DNA from: Mobula hypostoma
Taxonomy: Eukaryota
Assembly: GCF_963921235.1 (NCBI RefSeq)
Contig: NC_086097.1
Span: 161,202,001 to 161,266,000, forward strand
Length of the DNA stretch: 64,000 nucleotides
Reading direction: 5' to 3'
Shown here: positions 1 to 11,994 of the stretch, piece after piece
Layout of the letters: each line of letters begins with the position of its first letter
How positions within the stretch are numbered: position 1 is the stretch's first letter
The notes under the pieces: model-generated
Database searches by the model: none
What the model was told of the DNA's origin: nothing
Seen by the model: the letters and a program-made list of their open reading frames with translations, nothing else
Made by a program: the position numbers and the translations under genes

Positions 1-15
1 GACCAGCCAGATGTC

Positions 16-360
16 GTGGTGCACATCGGTACCAATGACGTAGCAAGGAAGAGTGAAGAGGTCCTGGACAGTGAGTATAGAGAGCTTGGTAGGAAGTTGA
101 AAAGCAGGACCTCGAGGGTGGTAATCTCAGGATTGCTACCTGTGCTAGGTGCCAGTGAGGGTAGGAATAGGATGCTCTGGAGGAGGAACAAGTGCCTGAG
201 GAACTGGTGTAGGGGGCAGGGTTTCAGATTTCAGGATCATTGGGACCTCTTCTGGGGCAGGTGGGACCTGTACAAGAGAGACGGGTTACATTTGAACCAC
301 AGGGGGACCAATATCCTTTCAGGGAGGTTTGTTAGTGCTAGTGGGGAGGCTTTAAACTAG
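16..360 (+). pseudogene. CR1 ORF1 C-terminal SGNH esterase domain
   Basis: GTND block III and DxxH (DGLHLN) block V motifs; ends ...ALN* immediately before ORF2. Confidence 0.85.
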
Positions 361-362
361 AT

Positions 363-3291
363 TTGCAGGGGGATGGGAACCAGAGTGCCAGAGCTGACAG
401 TGTGGCTGGGGTGAAAATAAATGATATTGAAAGTTTAAGCAAATCCGCTGATAGAAAGGTTGTGAGTGGTGGTAAAAATCTTCTGAGGTGTATATATTTC
501 AATGCTAGGAGTATTACGGGGAAGGCGGATGAGTTGAGGGCGTGGATTGACACGTGGAATTATGATGTTGTAGCAATTAGTGAAACTTGGCTACAGGAGG
601 GGCAGGACTGGCAACTTAATATTTCAGGGTTCCGATGTTTCAGATGTGATCGAGGCAGAGAAATGAAAGGTGGGGGAGTAGCATTGCTTGTTAGGGAAAA
701 TATTACAGCAGTGCTCAGGCAGGACAGATTAGAGGGCATGTCTACTGAGTCCTTATGGGTGGAGCTGAGAAACAGGAAAGGTATGGCCACATTAGTGGGA
801 TTGTATTACAGACCACCCAATAGTCAACGAGACTTGGAAGAGCAAATCTGCAGAGAGATAGCAGGCAACTGCAGGAAACATAAAGTTGTGGTGGTAGGGG
901 ATTTTAATTTTCCATACATTGATTGGGACTCCCATACTGTTAGGGGTCTAGATGGATTAGAGTTTGTAAAATGTGTTCAGGAAAGTTTTCTAAATCAGTA
1001 TATAGAGGGACCAACTAGAGGGGATGCAATATTGGATCTCCTATTAGGAAACGAATTAGGGCAAGTGACAGAAGTCTGTGTAGGGGAGCACTTTGGTTCC
1101 AGTGATCATAACACCATTAGTTTCAATTTGATCATGGACAAGGATTGATCTGGTCCTAGGGTTGAGGTTCTGAACTGAAAGAAGGCCAAATTTGAAGAAA
1201 TGAGAAAGGATCTAAAAAGCGTGGATTGGGACAGGTTGTTCTCTGGCAAAGATGTGATTGGTAGGTGGGAAGCCTTCAAAGGGGAAATTTTGAGAGTGCA
1301 GAGTTTGTATGTTCCTGTCAGGATTAAAGGCAAATTGAATAGGAATAAGGAACCTTGATTCTCAAAGGATATTGCAACTCTGATAAAGAAGAAGAGGGAG
1401 TTGTATGAAATGTATAGGAAACAGGGGGTAAATCAGGTGCTTGAGGAGTATAAGAAGTGCAAGAAAATACTTAAGAAAGAAATCAGGAGGGCAAAAAGAA
1501 GACATGAGGGTTGCCTTGGCAGTCAAAGTGAAGGATAATCCAAAGAGCTTTTACATGTATATTAAGAGCAAAAGGACTGTAAGGGATAAAATTGGTCCTC
1601 TTGAAGATCAGAGTGGTCGGCTTTGTACGGAACCAAAGGAAATGGGGGAGATCTTAAATAGGTTTTTTGCGTCTGTGTTTACTAAGGAAGCTGGCATGAA
1701 ATCTATGGAATTGAGGGAATCAAGTAGTGAGATCATGGAAACTGTACAGATTGAAAAGGAGGAGGTGCTTGCTGTCTTGAGGAAAACTAAAGTGGATAAA
1801 TCCCCGGGACCTGACAGAGTGTTCCCTCAGACCTTGAAGGAGACTAGTGTTGAAATTGCGGGGGCCCTGGCAGAAATATTTTAAATGTCGCTGTCTACGG
1901 GTGAAATGCCGGAGGATTGGAGAGTGGCTCATGTTGTTCCGTTGTTTAAAAAAGGATCGAAAAGTAATCCGGGAAATTATAGGCCGGTGAGTTTAACGTC
2001 AGTAGTAGGTAAGTTATTGGAGGGAGTACTAAGAGACAGAATCTACAAGCATTTGGATAGACGGGGGCTTATTAGGGAGAGTCAACATGGCTTTGTGCAT
2101 GGTAGGTCATGTTTGACCAATCTGTTGGAGTTTTTCGAGGAGGTTACCAGGAAAGTGGATGAAGGGAAGGCTGTGGATATTGTCTACATGGACTTCAGTA
2201 AGGCCTTTGACAAGGTCCCGCATGGGAGGTTAGTTTGGAAAATTCAGTCGCCAGGTATACATGGAGAGGTGGTAAATTGGATTAGGCATTGGCTCGATGG
2301 AAGAAGCCAGAGAGTGGTGGTAGAGAATTGCTTCTCTGAGTGGAGGCCTGTGACTAGTGGTGTGCCACAGGGATCGGTGCTGGGTCCATTGTTATTTGTC
2401 ATCTATATCAATAATCTGGATGATAATGTGGTAAACTGGATCAGCAAGTTTGCTGCTGATACAAAGATTGGAGGTGTAGTAGACAGTGAGGAAGGTTTTC
2501 AGAGCCTGCAGAGGGACTTGGACCAGCTGGAAAAATGGGCTGAAAAATTGCAGATGGAGTTTAATACTGACAAGTGTGAGGTATTGCACGTTGGAAGGAC
2601 AAACCAACGTAGAACATACAGGGTTAATGGTAAGGCACTGAGGAGTGCAGTGGAACAGAGGGATCTGGGAATACAGATACAAAATTCCCTAAAAATATCG
2701 TCACAGGTAGATAGGGTCGTAAAGAGAGCTTTTGGTATATTGGCCTTTATTAATCAAAGTATTGAGTATAAGAGCTGGAATGTTATGATGAGGTTGTATA
2801 AGGCATTGGTGAGGCCGAATCTGGAGTATTGTGTTCAGTTTTGGTCACCAAATTACAGGAAGGATATAAATAAGGTTGAAAGAGTGCAGAAAAGGTTTAC
2901 AAGGATGTTGCCAGGACTTGAGAAACTCAGTTACAGAGAAAGGTTGAATAGGTTAGGACTTTATTCCCTGGAGCGTAGAAGAATGAGGGGAGATTTGATA
3001 GAGGTATATAAAATTATGATGGGTATAGATAGAGTGAATGCAAGCAGGCTTTTTCCACTGAGGCAAGGGGAGAAAAAAACCAGAGGACATGGGTTAAGGG
3101 TGAGGGTGGAAAAGTTTAAAGGGAACATTAGGGGGGGCTTCTTCACACAGAGAGTGGTGGGAGTATGGAATGAGCTGCCAGACGAGGTGGTAAATGCGGG
3201 TTCTTTTTTAACATTTAAGAATAAATTGGACAGATACATGGATGGGAGGTGTATGGAGGGATATGGTCCATGTGCAGGTCAGTGGGACTAG
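363..3291 (+). pseudogene. CR1 ORF2 (APE endonuclease + reverse transcriptase), disrupted
   Basis: ORF track segments 363..1148, 1441..1884 and 1885..3291 join into one EN-RT polyprotein with premature stops. Confidence 0.9.
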
Positions 3292-4456
3292 GCAGAAAAT
3301 GGTTCGGCACAGCCAAGAAGGGCCAAAGAGCCTGTTTCTGTGCTGTAGTTTCTATGGTTCTATGGTTCTATTAATGGGGTTGCGAAAAATAAAATCAGCC
3401 ATGATTGAGTGGTGGAGCAGAAGGAATAAATGGCCTAATTCTGCTCTTATGACTTACTTGTGTAACCCTCAAGTTTGGCCAGCGGTGTTAGTCTCGGGAA
3501 GACAGTCTCTGGCCCCGCCAAACGTGTGAAATCTGAGGTGCAAAACCTCTTGCTTGTGTGAAAGTTGCATGATGTGTTCCCCTGTTACAAATCAGAACCA
3601 CGAAATAACAGACGGTACAGTATATGCAAGTAAACAATTTAGCTTTATAATTCTTCATTTGACTAGAGGGTTAGTAAAGAAAAACAAAAAGAAAAGAGCC
3701 CATTTTTATGAAACAGTCTAATGTGCACGTTGGAGCTCATGGTTTCCCTTCTGGTAGTCCTCCATCGATTTCCCCCGTGTTTCGTCAACTCCTGGCCCCA
3801 CTTCAAGTCCACCCCTTTCAGGCATCTTTTCTCTTCATCTTCCACCGAACAAAAAACCTAGAACAACTCGCTTTCAGGCACACAACAAGAAAGAAACACT
3901 CCCTTCATTGGACAGCGCATGTTCCAAAGCCCCCGTTATCTCTAGTCATAAGCCAAACACTGCTGCTGCAGAACAACCATTACATTAGCAGTGAAATCTT
4001 TCCCAGGGCATTTTACCTGACTCAGCGTGAGAAGGGTTGGGAATCTCTTCCTCATTCAGTGGGGAGTTAGCAAAAGGTAGCATATATCACACCCCCATTC
4101 CCTCATCCTCCGAATCAATATCCCACTCAGGGGTGGGGGCCTGTCTGCTCTCTCCTGCTGTTGGTCCTTCAGTCGCCCCGCGATGCCACAGAATCCTCTT
4201 TCTAGGTGTAGACTCCAGGTCGGGCTCTGGGTCAACCTGCGCCTATTGTCCCAGAGGCAGAAGGTGGTTCCGATGGAGAATCTTGACAGGCCCATTCCCA
4301 TCCTCTGGTTTCACCCGGAAAACTGGTACATTTGGTATCTGACTCTCCACTACATAGGGCATAGCCGCCCAGCAGTCAGCCAATTTATGATTCCCAGGTA
4401 GCCCCAAATTCCTTATGAGGACTTGGTCTCCTGGCATGAGTTGGGAGAACCTAAAC

Positions 4457-5729
4457 TTTTTTGTAATTTTATTTTTTTAATTTTTTTTTTGCTCAGCATA
4501 ACAAAACTCTCAATTTCCAGATACATTTACGTTTACATTTCTTCCCCTCACAGATATCAGATATCAGAACACTTCCATCAAAATATAAACATCACCATAA
4601 CATCCTATACAAAAGCCCTTATTAGCATAGTAGACAGGTTTACATCTACATACTGCAGAAAAGGTTGCCATGTTTTATGAAAACTATTTGTTTTTGAGTG
4701 TACCATACATGTCAAAAAGTCCAAAGGAATGTATTCCATGATTAATTTACGCCAACCAAAAAGTTCAGGGGCCTTATCGGATAACCAACAAAGTAAAACG
4801 TTCTTCCTCGCACAAAAAGTCAGGATGTTAAAAAGTTTTTTCCGATATACATTAATAATACGACCGCTGGGTAAGCCTAAAAGAAAAGACACAGGGTCCA
4901 GTTCAAGCTCCATCTTAAGAATCTTTTCCATTTCACCCAAAATATCACTCCAGTATGCCTGAAGTTTGGGACAAGTCCAAAAACAGCGGGTGGAAGTTCC
5001 AGTATTTACTTTACATTTAGAACACATTGGAGAAAACTCCGTCTTAAATTTTGAGAGACGATCTGGAGTCAGATGGGCTCTATGCAGAATTTTGAGTTGC
5101 AATGCTTTAGTTCTATTACAAACTGAAATTTTCTTTGCATTATCACAGATGTCTTCCCATGTTTCAGCTGTAACTTCTACCCCCAGCTCTTCCTCCCAGA
5201 CCCTCCCCAGCTGCTCAGCCTCTCCACAAGAACATTCCCTCAGGATGCTGTAAAAAGTACTAAAAGAGACTTCACCCTTAGAACGAAACACCCTCTTTTC
5301 TATGTCAGAACAATAGAAATCAGTTAACAATGATGTTTTCTTCTGTATATAATCTCTTATCTGAAAGAAACAATAAAAAACCTTGTTGGGTATGTTAAAT
5401 TTCTGTATTATTTGACTAAAAGACATCATCGTTCCTTCATCAAACAAATCTCCAAGATGGAAAATACCCTTAGAATCCGAAGTTTAAATCCAGAATCCAT
5501 TATGCCAGGTTGAAAATCTGGACTGCTGGTTATTGGAGTGAAGGTTGATATCTTCGCTGTGTTGCCCTCAATTTGTCGCACCGCCCTCCAAACCCTGACT
5601 GTATTAATTGTTATTGGGTTGCGACAATATTCCTTAACTAGTTTCATCTTATTGAGGAAAAGCAAATTAATAAGAGGGCATTTTGCTTGTGAAGCTTCAA
5701 TGTCTAGCCAAATTGAGAAGGGGTCCCTG
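4457..5729 (-). mobile_element. 5'-truncated L1/Tx1-clade LINE (ORF2 C-terminal zinc-binding region + A-rich tail)
   Basis: ORF 4605..5447: QLKILHRAHLTPDRLSKF...CSKC...CFWTCPKLQAYW (zf-RVT-like). The T-rich tract at 4457-4490 is a poly(A)-like tail on the minus strand. Confidence 0.88.
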
Positions 5730-6094
5730 CATACCTCCTCTTGTTTCCTTGATTCTGCTTGGTAGCTGCGACCTCAACTAATTCATAAGCCTTTTTCAGC
5801 TCCCTTCTTATATCAGACACATACTTCAGATAAGTCTTCGGTGCTAGGTCATCCTCATCATTCCCAAAACAAAGGTTGATGGACAACCTCACTTCACAAC
5901 CAAACATCAGATAGTATGGCAAATACATAGTAGCTTCATTTCGGGTATAGTTGTAACTGTGGACCAGATGTCCAATATGTAGACTCCACTTGCTCTTCTT
6001 GCTGATCTCCAAGGTTCTGAGCATGTCTATCAAGGTCCAATTAAACCTCTCGGGCAGGGGATCACCCTGTGGGTGATAAGGAGTAGTCCTCAAC

Positions 6095-6220
6095 ACAAAA
6101 TAATCTACAGATGCTGGGGTCAAAGCAACACTCACAACACGCTGGAGGAACTCAGCAGGTCAGGCAGCATCCGTGGAAAAGATCAGTCGATGCTTCGGGC
6201 CGGAACCCTTCGTCAGGACT
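6095..6220 (-). mobile_element. Penelope-like terminal repeat (pLTR) with degenerate hammerhead motif
   Basis: Minus strand AGTC-CTGACGA-AGGGTTCCGGCCC-GAAGC-ATC-GACT. Inserted in Gypsy integrase, with CTCAAC duplicated at 6089-6094 and 6219-6224. Same repeat as the GIY-YIG-linked copies at 27381 and 35001. Confidence 0.75.
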
Positions 6221-6292
6221 CAACTTCTTAACTCCAAGCATGCTCAGTAACTCATGAATGAACCTACTCTCGAAATCCCATCATATAAAGGA

Positions 6293-6477
6293 CAAACAAG
6301 AGAAAATCTGCAGATGCTGGTAAACAAAGTAATACATAAAATGCTGAAGGATCTCAGCAGGCCAGGCAGCATCTATGAAAAAGAGTAAACAGTCGATGTT
6401 TAGGGCAAAGACTGTTCATCAGGACTTGTGCTGCCTGGCCTGCTGAGTTCCTTCAGCATTCTGTGTGTGTTACAAAG
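6293..6477 (-). mobile_element. Penelope-like pLTR with inverted partial copy
   Basis: pLTR on minus (6293-6426) followed by an inverted segment (about 6429-6472); flanked by the 10-bp duplication ATATAAAGGA (6283-6292 and 6478-6487). Confidence 0.75.
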
Positions 6478-6479
6478 AT

Positions 6480-8341
6480 ATAAAGGAAGCAGGAGAGAAT
6501 TTGAACAGGGACTTTGGAGGACTAAAAATGGCCATAAAATGACTTTGGCAAGTAGGATTAAGAATAATCCCGGGTCATTTTACACATTCATTAAAAAAAG
6601 AGGGTAACTGGAGAGAGATGAGGAACACTCAGGGACAAATTTATGCCTGGAGCCAGAAGAAGTGGGCAACATACTAGACATGTTTTTGCTTCAATAATCA
6701 GGAGGAAATATTGGAGATCTTGAAGAGCATTAAGGTGGAAGTCCCCAGAGCCTGATGGGGTCTATCCTAAGTTACTGAGGGAGGCTAGAGAGGAATTTGG
6801 ACGCTTGGCAAAAATCTTTGTATTCCCTTTAGCCATAGATGGGGTCCCAGAGAACTGGAGAGTAGCCAGGGTTGTTCCTCTGTTTATAAAGAAAAACAGA
6901 GCAGAGCAGGAATTTTTGGACTGGTGATCAGTGGTAGGAGATTCTTGGGCAAAGGATTTACTCACATCTGAAAAGGTATAGACTTATCAAGGATAGTTAT
7001 CTTACAAACTTCATTGTGTTTTAAGGAGGTGACAAAAATTCTAATGAAGGTAGGCCAGGCAGCTTCTATGAGTTCCCCCAGAATTTTGTGTGTGTTGCTT
7101 GGATTTCCAGCATCTGCAGATTTTCTCTTGTTTGTGGACCATTTACTCTTTTCCATAGATGCTGCCTAGCCTGCTGAGTTCCTCCAGCATTTTTTGTGTG
7201 TTGTATGAAGGTAGGGTAGTGGATTATATAAATATGGACTTGACAATGTCATTCATGGCACATTCATACAAAACATTAAAATTAAAGTTAAAATTAAAAT
7301 TAAAGCACACGGTATTTATCATTGATAGTTTGGATTCAAAATTAGATTGGTCAAAGAAGATAGTGAGTAAGGTGGAGGGGTGTTATCCTGATTGGATCAT
7401 TGTGACTAGTAGTGTTCCACAAGGATCAGTGCTAGGACCTCTATATATAAATGACCTGGACAAAAATATAGGTAGGCTGATTAGTAAATTTACAGATGAT
7501 ACAAAAAGTTGGTGGCATAGTGGACAGCGAGAGAGGTTGTCAAAGGTTTCAGCAGGATATAAATGAGTTGGAAACTTTGGCTGAGAAATGGCAGTTGGCG
7601 TTTAATCCAGAAAAGAGTGAGGTGTTGCAGTTTGAGAAGTCAAATACGAGAGGAAGGTAAATGGCAGGACCTTTAGGAGAATTGAGGTTCCTACCAAAGC
7701 TCTCACACAAGCAGATAGGGTAGTGTGATGAAAAAGGCATAACATACTTGTCTTCATCAGTCAGGGTGTTTCATGTAGAAGTCAACAAGTCATTTAGCTG
7801 CTGTATAAAACTTCAATTAGGCCACATTTGGAGTATTGTGTGCAGTTCTGGTCTCTACATTTACAGGAAGGACGTGGAGTCTTTGGAGATGAAGCAGTTC
7901 AGGTTCTGCAGGAGGTTTTGTGGATTAAAAAGTATTAACAATAGGAGAGGTCGGGCAAATTTGAATGGGGCAACCTGATAAAGCATATAAAGTAATGAGA
8001 GGCATTGATAGGATAGGTAATCCCAGACAGTGCAGAACTGTCAAATACCTTTCAAATACTTGAGATTTCAAATATTAAATGTCAAAAACTTTATAGTTTT
8101 AAGGTGAGAGGCAGAAAGTTAAAGGAGATTTATGGGGCAAGACTTTTTACACAGAGAGTGTGAGGAGCATGAGAAAATGTGTTGCCAGAAAGTGAAAAAG
8201 CAGATACAATAGGAAAGTTTAAGAAATATTAATATAGAATAGGTGCAGGCAAATGTGATTAATTTAAATTGGCATCATGTTTGGCACAGACATCATGAGT
8301 TGAAGGGTCTGTTTCTGTGCTATACTGCTCCATGTCCTATG
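6480..8341 (+). mobile_element. Old, heavily decayed CR1 LINE ORF2 + 3' UTR
   Basis: Remnant VTSSVPQGSVLGPLYINDLD...SKFTDDTK (ORF 7159..7566) and CR1-type 3' UTR ...GTTTCTGTGCTATACTGCTCCATG. Confidence 0.8.
7055..7204 (+). mobile_element. Rearranged Penelope-like pLTR pieces inserted in CR1
   Basis: GATGCTGCCTAGCCTGCTGAGTTCCTCCAGCA repeat; 11-bp target duplication ATGAAGGTAGG (7044-7054 and 7205-7215). Confidence 0.7.
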
Positions 8342-8370
8342 TTGGCAGAGAGGGACTTTGGTATATATTG

Positions 8371-9457
8371 TATAACCATATATAACCATATAACAATTAC
8401 AGCACGGAAACAGGCCATCTCGGCCCTCCTAGTCCGTGCTGAACGCTTACCCGACCTGCACTCAGCCCATAACCCTCCATTCCTTTCCTGTCCATATATC
8501 TATCAAATTTAACTTTAAACGACAACATCGAACCTGCCTCAACCACTTCTGCCGGAAGCTCGTTCCACACAGCGACCACTCTCTGAGTAAAGAAGTTCCC
8601 CCTCATGTTACCCCTAAACTTTTGTCCTCTTATTCTCAACCCAGGTCCTCTTGTTTGAATCTTCCCCACTCTCAATGGAAAAAGTCTAACCACATCAACT
8701 CTATCAATCCCCCTCATAATTTTAAACACCTCTATCAAGTCCCCTCTCAACCTTCTACGCTCCAAAGAATAAAGACCTAACTTGTTCAACCTTTCTCTGT
8801 AACTTAGGAGATGAAACTCAGGCAACATTTTAATAAACCTCCTCTGTACTCTCTCAATTTTATTGACATCCTTCCTATAATTCACTGACCAGAACTGTAC
8901 ACAATACTCCAGATTTGGCCTTATCAATGCCTTATACAAATTCAACATTACATCCCAACTCCGATACTCAATGCTCTGATTAATAAAGGCCAGCAAACCA
9001 AAAGCTTTCTTCACCACCCTATCCACATGAGATTCCATCTTCAGGGAACTGTGCACCATTATTCCTAGATCCCTCTGGTCTAAAGCATTCTTTAATGCCC
9101 TACCATTTACCAGGTATGTCCTATTTTGATTAGTTCTACCAAAATGTAGCACCTCACGTTTTTCAGCATTAAACTCCATCTGCCATCTTTCAGCCCACTC
9201 TTCTAACTGGCCTGTATCTCTCTGCAAGCTTTGAAAACCTACCTCATCATCCACAACACCACCTATCTTAGTATCATCTGCATAATTACTAATCCAATTT
9301 ACCACCCCATCATCCAGATCATTAATATATATGACAAACAACATTGGACCCAGTACAGATCCCTGAGGCACACCGCTACACAGCATCCTCCAGTCTGACA
9401 CACGGTTATCCACCATTACTCTCTGGCTTCTCCTATCTAGCCGCTGCTGAATCCATC
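8371..9457 (-). mobile_element. Young 5'-truncated CR1 LINE (RT C-terminal half)
   Basis: Uninterrupted ORF 8397..9473 with GVPQGSVLGP and intact YADD; decamer tail (TATAACCATA)n at 8371-8392. Confidence 0.93.
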
Positions 9458-9639
9458 TATGCTGCCATGGCACCTAATATTTGCCAAATCACTTATTGAT
9501 TACTTCAGAAAGATGTACTTCAGTAAGAAGAATTGTTAAATAACAAGTTATTACATAAAGGAAACTCGTGTTACATCACAAACAGGCCATTCAGCCTAAA
9601 TATAGAAAGAAATAGTCCATGGAAATAATTCTGAAGATA

Positions 9640-9945
9640 TGTTGCTTGGGTGGTTGATGGTTCTGTTAAGTTGTTCTCCAATTTTGGCAATTTACTTACA
9701 AACATTTCTTCACCATATGAGGAGATTTCATCAGTGTGCTGTTGATTGTAGTGTGTCCTCTGAATGCTTTTCAGTCAGTTGATTGAACGTGATTTTGAAA
9801 ACCCATTTGTGATGTGGGGATGGAAATCTCTTCACTGATTGGCTGTGTGGGTGAACTTTAAGCATTCTGGTATGGAATTTAGCCTGTGTCATCTCATAAA
9901 TAGGTACGGGGTCTATGTGTTTGTTTACAGAACAACAAGATTTCC
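9640..9945 (-). mobile_element. 3' end of a second Penelope-like family with hammerhead-like motif
   Basis: Minus-strand ...SVNKHIDPVPIYE resembles the PLE GIY-YIG C-terminus (SINxHIDLDPIY). Downstream CACTGATGAAATCTCCTCATATGGTGAAGAAATGTT (about 9700-9736). Confidence 0.6.
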
Positions 9946-9949
9946 TCTC

Positions 9950-10092
9950 CAAGTCTTGGCATCCACAAGCTGGTATTTCTTAAGATCATCTAATAGTCCT
10001 TGAGTACACAGGAAATCTGCACTAAGCAGAGGTCTAGCCACTTTAGCCAGGACGAAATCCCATGTGTAACATGGCTCACTGAAGCAGTATGT
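9950..10092 (-). mobile_element. Gypsy protease-region fragment
   Basis: WDFVLAKVARPLLSADFLCTQGLLDDLKKYQLVD matches the Gypsy protease C-terminal PILGADFL...LLVDL pattern. Confidence 0.65.
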
Positions 10093-10096
10093 CCAA

Positions 10097-10670
10097 TGAG
10101 AGTGTGGAACAAGCTGCCACTGCAAGTGGTGCATGCGAGCTCGATTTCAATGTTTAAGAGAAGTTCGCATAAGTGTATGGATGGTAGGGGTATGGTCTGG
10201 GTGCATTTTGATGGATGTAGCAGTCTAAATGGTTCAACATAGACTAGATGGACTGAAGGGCCTGTTTCTGTGCTGTATTTTTCTATGACTCTCTGATTTT
10301 TTAAGGATAGCTCACAGGTTAGATAGGTGGTTAAATATCATGCCAAAGCTTTCGTTATTACCTGACATATAAAATACTCCTGAGAATTAATGCTTGCTTT
10401 GTATATAATGCCACAAATTGACTTCAGTGTTACTGTAAAAATTGGATTGAACTAGAGCAAGTACAGAAAAGTTTTCAAAGAACGTTGCCAGAACTGGAAA
10501 ATTTTAACTACAAAAAATATTGTATAAGTTGGGTTGTTATTCTTTGGAACTGGGGCAGCTAAGGAGAGATTTAATTGGACCATATATATATCTATGAGAT
10601 GCTTAGAGCAAATAGGAAGAACAAATTACCCCTTGCAGAGATGTCAAAATCAGAAAACATAGACTTTAAA
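10097..10670 (+). mobile_element. CR1 3'-end fragments (two adjacent, decayed)
   Basis: RVWNKLP...FKR; 3' UTR GAAGGGCCTGTTTCTGTGCTGTATTTTTCTATGACTCT followed by older RT-derived sequence. Confidence 0.65.
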
Positions 10671-11994
10671 AACTTAATCAGCAGATGGAATCTACCACTT
10701 TTAGTTGGGTGACTCCAGACCAACTAATGTGGTTGACTGCTGATTGGCCTAGCAAGAAAGAATGGAAATGGACTATACATGGTGGGAATTCCTGGATCCC
10801 AGTTAACAAACAAATAAAGATTGAAGAACCAAAGCTGCTGAGCTATTGCTGAATTAGGCTGAGAAGCTGATTTCCAAACTTAATGGATACAACGGGCTAA
10901 ATTGCTTCTCAGGATAAAAAGATCCCATGACATTATTCTAAGGAGGGGCATACTTGTGGTGACCTTATCAACATTTGTCTCTCAACCAGCATTACTAATA
11001 GCTTTTCTGGACATTTGATTACAAAATATTGTTGTGTGCAAATGTTGCCATGTTTCTCTACAAGACAGAGATAGCTACACTTTAAAAGTACTTAGTTAGC
11101 TCTAAAAGGTTTTGGAATGCCTAGTCCATTAGCAAGAAACTGGGAGAAAAAGTGAACATGAAGCTGTTCCACCATCGAAGAGTAATCTGCACTTCTTAAG
11201 GGGACAACAAAATAAACTGTGGCTTTCAGATGCTGCATTAAATGATCATGGAAAAGGAGGGCAGGAGTAGAAATGTCCTTCCCCTTAAAGTTGCTAGAAT
11301 GCTGTTCAAATGCAGTATTGGAATAAGTCAGTACTGGATCATTTCACATAATTCACAACTCATTTCTTATCCATTATAAGTATTCTCCTCTATTCACAAC
11401 ACATATTTCATTACACCTTCTTTTGGTAGTAATACTTCTCTTAGTGTTTGTTCTCTTGTATTTCCACATCTCTCCTATCCTTTAAGTGCCATCACCACAA
11501 TTCTACCTTGGCACAAATAGTCTCAGAGCATCTCACTGAAGTACGAATAACATCTTTCTCTTTTCTTTCTGGTGTTAGAGATTTGATAAGAACAAGAGGA
11601 GTAGGTACCTCTATGAATTTTCTCTCTCATGAACATGAGGGCATGGCACAAAATGAGGAAGCTAAAGGATGCATCCTGCAGAGATCATGGTCTTCATGGT
11701 GTAAGACCCCATAATGATCAGGAAGAATAATATTCAGTGCGAGCTATGTAATCCTGTGTGTCATGCACAATTATCTCTGAGGGATTGGTGGCATCCTTTC
11801 CATTTGGGCTCTCTTAGCCACAAACGGTACATTTGTGTTATGGCATTGCATCAATATCACATGCCTCCCTTCTACACACCTGAAAACCAACCTTGCTGGC
11901 TGCAACTAAGCAGCAAGACCTTGAGAAGTGACTGGGTTTTGTGCGTTGCAATCAGGTCTCATGGGGAGACCAACAGAAGATCTAGTCCAAATTG

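Larger units (their letters stand above)
1..3370 (+). mobile_element. Near-full-length CR1-clade LINE (5' end outside the window), inactivated
   Basis: ORF1 tail 16..360 has SGNH/GDSL esterase motifs (HIGTND...DGLHLN). ORF2 has an APE endonuclease (YFNARS, ISETW, GGGVAL, YRPP, GDFN, SDH; 363..1148) and RT (1885..3291; QHGF, DFSKAFD, GVPQGSVLGP). 3' tail is (TCTATGGT)n at 3351-3370. In-frame stops at 1146, 1176, 1356 and 1882, a frameshift near 1500, and the FADD motif reads FAAD. Confidence 0.95.
3461..6282 (-). mobile_element. 3' part of a Ty3/Gypsy LTR retrotransposon (integrase + probable 3' LTR about 3461-4017), interrupted by L1 and Penelope inserts
   Basis: Minus-strand integrase pieces WDFESRFIHELLSMLGVKKL (6221-6280), RTTPYHPQGDPLPERFNWTL...NKRRY (5730-6094) and PGDQVLIRNLGLPGNHKLAD...ILHRNHLLP (4243-4437). 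The LTR-like segment ends ...GGGTTACA on the minus strand at 3461. Confidence 0.8.
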
